A stretch of 52,227 nucleotides of DNA from Myxococcales bacterium (GTDB taxonomy: Bacteria; Myxococcota_A; Polyangia; Polyangiales; Polyangiaceae), in NCBI GenBank assembly GCA_043747615.1, contig JAYTOU010000079.1, forward strand, positions 1 through 52,227, in the 5' to 3' direction. The notes under the pieces are model-generated. The model was given only the letters and a program-made list of their open reading frames with translations, was not told the origin of the DNA and did not search any database. The position numbers and the translations under genes were made by a program. Shown here one piece after another: positions 49,574-52,227 of the stretch (position 1 is the stretch's first letter; every line of letters starts with the position of its first letter).

Positions 49574-49999
49574 ATGGGTATGGGAGGCGGCGGGGGCGGT
49601 GGTAGGCGACGTCTCGGTGGGATGAACGAGATCAACGTTACGCCGCTCATTGACGTCATGCTCGTGCTCCTGGTCATTTTCATGGTGACCGCTCCTCTCT
49701 TGACCACCGGCGTGCACGTGGATCTGCCGAAAGCGAAGAGCGCGCCCATGCAGGCGGATGACACGAAGTTGCTAGTGATCGTCACCAGCGACGAGCACGT
49801 CTACCTCGGCAAAGACGAGATCACCGGCGCGGTCGAAGATCGTTTGAAGACCAACGCGCGTGTAAGGGAAGACAAGGAGCTCTACATCCAGGCCGACGAG
49901 AACGTGAAATACGGAGCAGTTCTCCGGGTGATGGCTGCCGCACGAACCGCGGGGGTCGAGAAGCTCGGGATGATCACCGACCCGCTCGTCGTCAAGTAG
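49574..49999 (+). CDS. tolR: TolR/ExbD protein
   Basis: EINVTPLIDVMLVLLVIFMVTAP, VDLP, ADENVKYG. Confidence 0.92.
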   Translation: MGMGGGGGGGRRRLGGMNEINVTPLIDVMLVLLVIFMVTAPLLTTGVHVDLPKAKSAPMQADDTKLLVIVTSDEHVYLGKDEITGAVEDRLKTNARVREDKELYIQADENVKYGAVLRVMAAARTAGVEKLGMITDPLVVK

Positions 50000-50024
50000 A
50001 AGCGAACCAGGAACTACTGGAACC

Positions 50025-50819
50025 ATGACGGCGCGGCTCGCTTGGAAGACAGGGTACGAAGGTGACGAGGTCGCGCTCGGCGTGGCGCTCGCCATCGCTC
50101 TGCACGCAATGCCGATCGCCATCATCTACCTGAAGGCCGCGTTTCCTTCTGCGCCTGAAGTCGAAGAGGCGCTCGTCGCCAAGCCCATGGTCGCGGCCTC
50201 GCTTCTCAAGCTCGGAAAGCCCCTCGACCCGAGCAAGCTGCCCGATCGTTTCGTCCCCCGCGCACGTACTGCGCCACAAAAGGACGTCGTTGCGTCGCGT
50301 GAGGACGCCGCCAAGAAAGCCCCGGATGGCGGACCGCCTCCTCCCCTCGCGCAACCATCGGATCTCACGCGCCTCATCGCCAAGAGCGACCCGTTCGCGG
50401 AAGACGCCGGAAAAGATCGCCCTATCGAAGGGCATGCGGGCGGGGTCGAAGGCGGGCTCGCGACCGATCCGAGCAACGTCCGCGCGGGGGACATGTACTC
50501 CGCGCAGCTCGGCGCATTTTTTCATGAGCGCTGGCAGTACCCGACGGTCATTTCGCAGGGCGAAGCCAATCGCCTGTGCGCCGTTTTTCAAATCAACATC
50601 AACCCGCGCATGGGCATCTGGCATCTCCGATCCGAGGCCGTGAAAAAGAGCGGAAACGAACTCTTCGACGACTCTGCGCGGTCGATGCTGCAAAAGCTCC
50701 TCGACGATCGGACGGCGCTCCCCGAGCCCCCCCCCGAGGTTGCAGAACAATTTCGGGGCCGCACGGTTAATGTGGCGCTCGCGGGCGATCTTCATGGAGA
50801 CTCTTCGAAATGCAGATGA
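50025..50819 (+). CDS. tolA: TolA/TonB-family energy transducer
   Basis: TM with conserved His (IALHA), Pro/Lys linker, W.YP...SGNELFDDSA...LPEPP; between tolR and tolB. Confidence 0.75.
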   Translation: MTARLAWKTGYEGDEVALGVALAIALHAMPIAIIYLKAAFPSAPEVEEALVAKPMVAASLLKLGKPLDPSKLPDRFVPRARTAPQKDVVASREDAAKKAPDGGPPPPLAQPSDLTRLIAKSDPFAEDAGKDRPIEGHAGGVEGGLATDPSNVRAGDMYSAQLGAFFHERWQYPTVISQGEANRLCAVFQININPRMGIWHLRSEAVKKSGNELFDDSARSMLQKLLDDRTALPEPPPEVAEQFRGRTVNVALAGDLHGDSSKCR

Positions 50820-52108
50820 CGCTGAAGAAAATCGGACTCGTCGGCACCCTCGGCGTCGCTGGCCTCGCAGCGGCATTCCCTGCCGTCGCTCAGGAGGGAT
50901 CGAACGCACTTCCCACGGTTTCCGCGCCGACGGGCGGCCAGGTAACGCAAGTGATGGTCTCGGGTGGCAACCGATCGCTCTTCAAGGTCGCCGTCGCTCC
51001 GCTGGTCGGTGACAAGGACATCTCGAGCTCCGTCGTGGAGACCGCGGGTCGCGACCTCATGCTCTCCAGCATTTTTCAGGTGCTCGACGAGAAGAGCTTC
51101 ACCGCCAACCTCGCGTCGGAAGGAACGGGAATCGAGCCCTCGTCATGGCGTAACGTCGGAGCCGACGGCGTGGTCAAAGGTCTGTCGGCGCTTCGTGGGA
51201 GCACCGTGCACCTCGAGCTCCGCCTCTTCGTCGTCTCCCGCGGCGCCGAAGCGGTCTTGAAAAAAGAGTACGACGTGCCCCCCTCCGGCGTACGCGGGGC
51301 CGTGCACTTTTTCGACAACGAGGTCGTCAAGTGGTTCACCGGCACGGCGGGGAGCTTCGGCACGCGCATGGTATTCAGCGCGACGACCGGGCGCGGCCAG
51401 AAGGGAATCTTCACGGTCGAGAGCGACGGGCAGGGGCTCTCGCGTCTCGCGGCCGCCTCCAACGTCGCGCTCGCCCCGGCGATCGGCTCTGGCGGCGTTT
51501 ACTACTCCGGTGGACTGCCTGACGGGAGCTATGCGCTCTTCAAGGTCGGAAATCCCGCGGCCGTCTTGAAGCACGCAGGGCTCATCTTCGGCGTCGCCTT
51601 TGGCGGCTCCAAGATGGCGCTCGTCATCTCCCAAAACGGACAGAGCGACATCTACACAGGCTCGCCGGACGGCAGCGGTCTCACCAAGGTCACTGCGGGT
51701 GGCCTCAACACGCACCCCGCGTTCGGCCCATCCGGTCAGCTAGCGTACGTTTCGAACACCGGCGGCAGCCCGCAAATTTACGTAGATGGCAAGCGCGCAA
51801 GCTGGCGCGGCACGTACAACATGGCCCCCGTTTGGTGCAACGATCCGGAAGGGCTCAAGCTCCTCTTCATGGGACGCGACGGCGCGTCGTGGGACATCTT
51901 CAGCGTCGATCCCAGTGGGAGCGCGGCGAGCATGAAGCGCATCACGCAAGACCAAGGCTCGAACACCTATCCAGCTTGCTCGCCGGACGGACGCACGCTC
52001 GCCTTCTTCACCACGCGCGGCGGTCTCTTCACGAGCAACACGCAGGGAATGAACCAGCAGAAAATTTCGACCGCGACCGGCGAGAGTCTGCGCTGGGAAG
52101 GCAACTGA
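50816..52108 (+). CDS. tolB: TolB-like periplasmic beta-propeller protein
   Basis: Signal peptide, TolB N-domain (DLMLSSIF, WRNVGAD), PD40-like repeats (PAFGPSG, PACSPDG). Start is 50810 or 50816. Confidence 0.85.
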   Translation: MTLKKIGLVGTLGVAGLAAAFPAVAQEGSNALPTVSAPTGGQVTQVMVSGGNRSLFKVAVAPLVGDKDISSSVVETAGRDLMLSSIFQVLDEKSFTANLASEGTGIEPSSWRNVGADGVVKGLSALRGSTVHLELRLFVVSRGAEAVLKKEYDVPPSGVRGAVHFFDNEVVKWFTGTAGSFGTRMVFSATTGRGQKGIFTVESDGQGLSRLAAASNVALAPAIGSGGVYYSGGLPDGSYALFKVGNPAAVLKHAGLIFGVAFGGSKMALVISQNGQSDIYTGSPDGSGLTKVTAGGLNTHPAFGPSGQLAYVSNTGGSPQIYVDGKRASWRGTYNMAPVWCNDPEGLKLLFMGRDGASWDIFSVDPSGSAASMKRITQDQGSNTYPACSPDGRTLAFFTTRGGLFTSNTQGMNQQKISTATGESLRWEGN

Positions 52109-52115
52109 GCGTCGA

Positions 52116-52130
52116 CGGCACTCTGTTTGC
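52116..52130 (+). promoter_or_regulatory. Possible sigma54 promoter for a gene beyond the window
   Basis: CGGCAC-TCTGT-TTGC, near-consensus GG-N10-GC just after the tolB stop. Confidence 0.4.
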
Positions 52131-52227
52131 GGACGCGTGCGTCATCGAGCTCGCTCCGCGCGCTCAAAGAATCTTCTCCTCCTGGTGCTCTTTCGAGCAA
52201 CAGACGAATGAGAAGATCCCGGTAGAT

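Noticed and set aside
51967..52227. Minus-strand ORF at the window end
   Set aside because: It would overlap tolB by about 140 bp; too little sequence to call.

Overview
High-GC window that looks like a Myxococcota genome (Polyangiales-like, inferred from the Ser/Thr kinase-TPR/PEGA gene, Cys-rich lipoproteins, a LonD-like protease and a myxobacterial-type T2SS). From left to right: a membrane sensor kinase cut by the window start, a Pro-rich lipoprotein, and a ferredoxin/hypothetical/isochorismatase operon followed by a sigma54 response regulator. Next is a type II secretion operon (gspC-x-D-E-F-G'-G-H-I-J-K-L-M-N-btpA) behind a -24/-12 promoter motif, then a broken Ser/Thr kinase, purD, an island of lipoprotein genes with an AraC regulator, DUF1015-lon-hom and murI-pyrB. 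An 8-gene convergent cluster at about 39.6-46.6 kb is built around an ArsS-type (arsenosugar) radical SAM gene. The window ends with a rhomboid lacking its catalytic residues, a lipoprotein and tolQRAB. The best candidate for an under-described system is the ArsS cluster. Its gene content (GST, AhpD-like, ArsS, MTA phosphorylase, CofC-like protein, GT2, sterol-desaturase-like protein, membrane-anchored flavin disulfide reductase; no arsM in the window) suggests a full route from a methylated arsenical to a glycoside or lipid. All family calls come from motif recognition by eye; no database searches were run.
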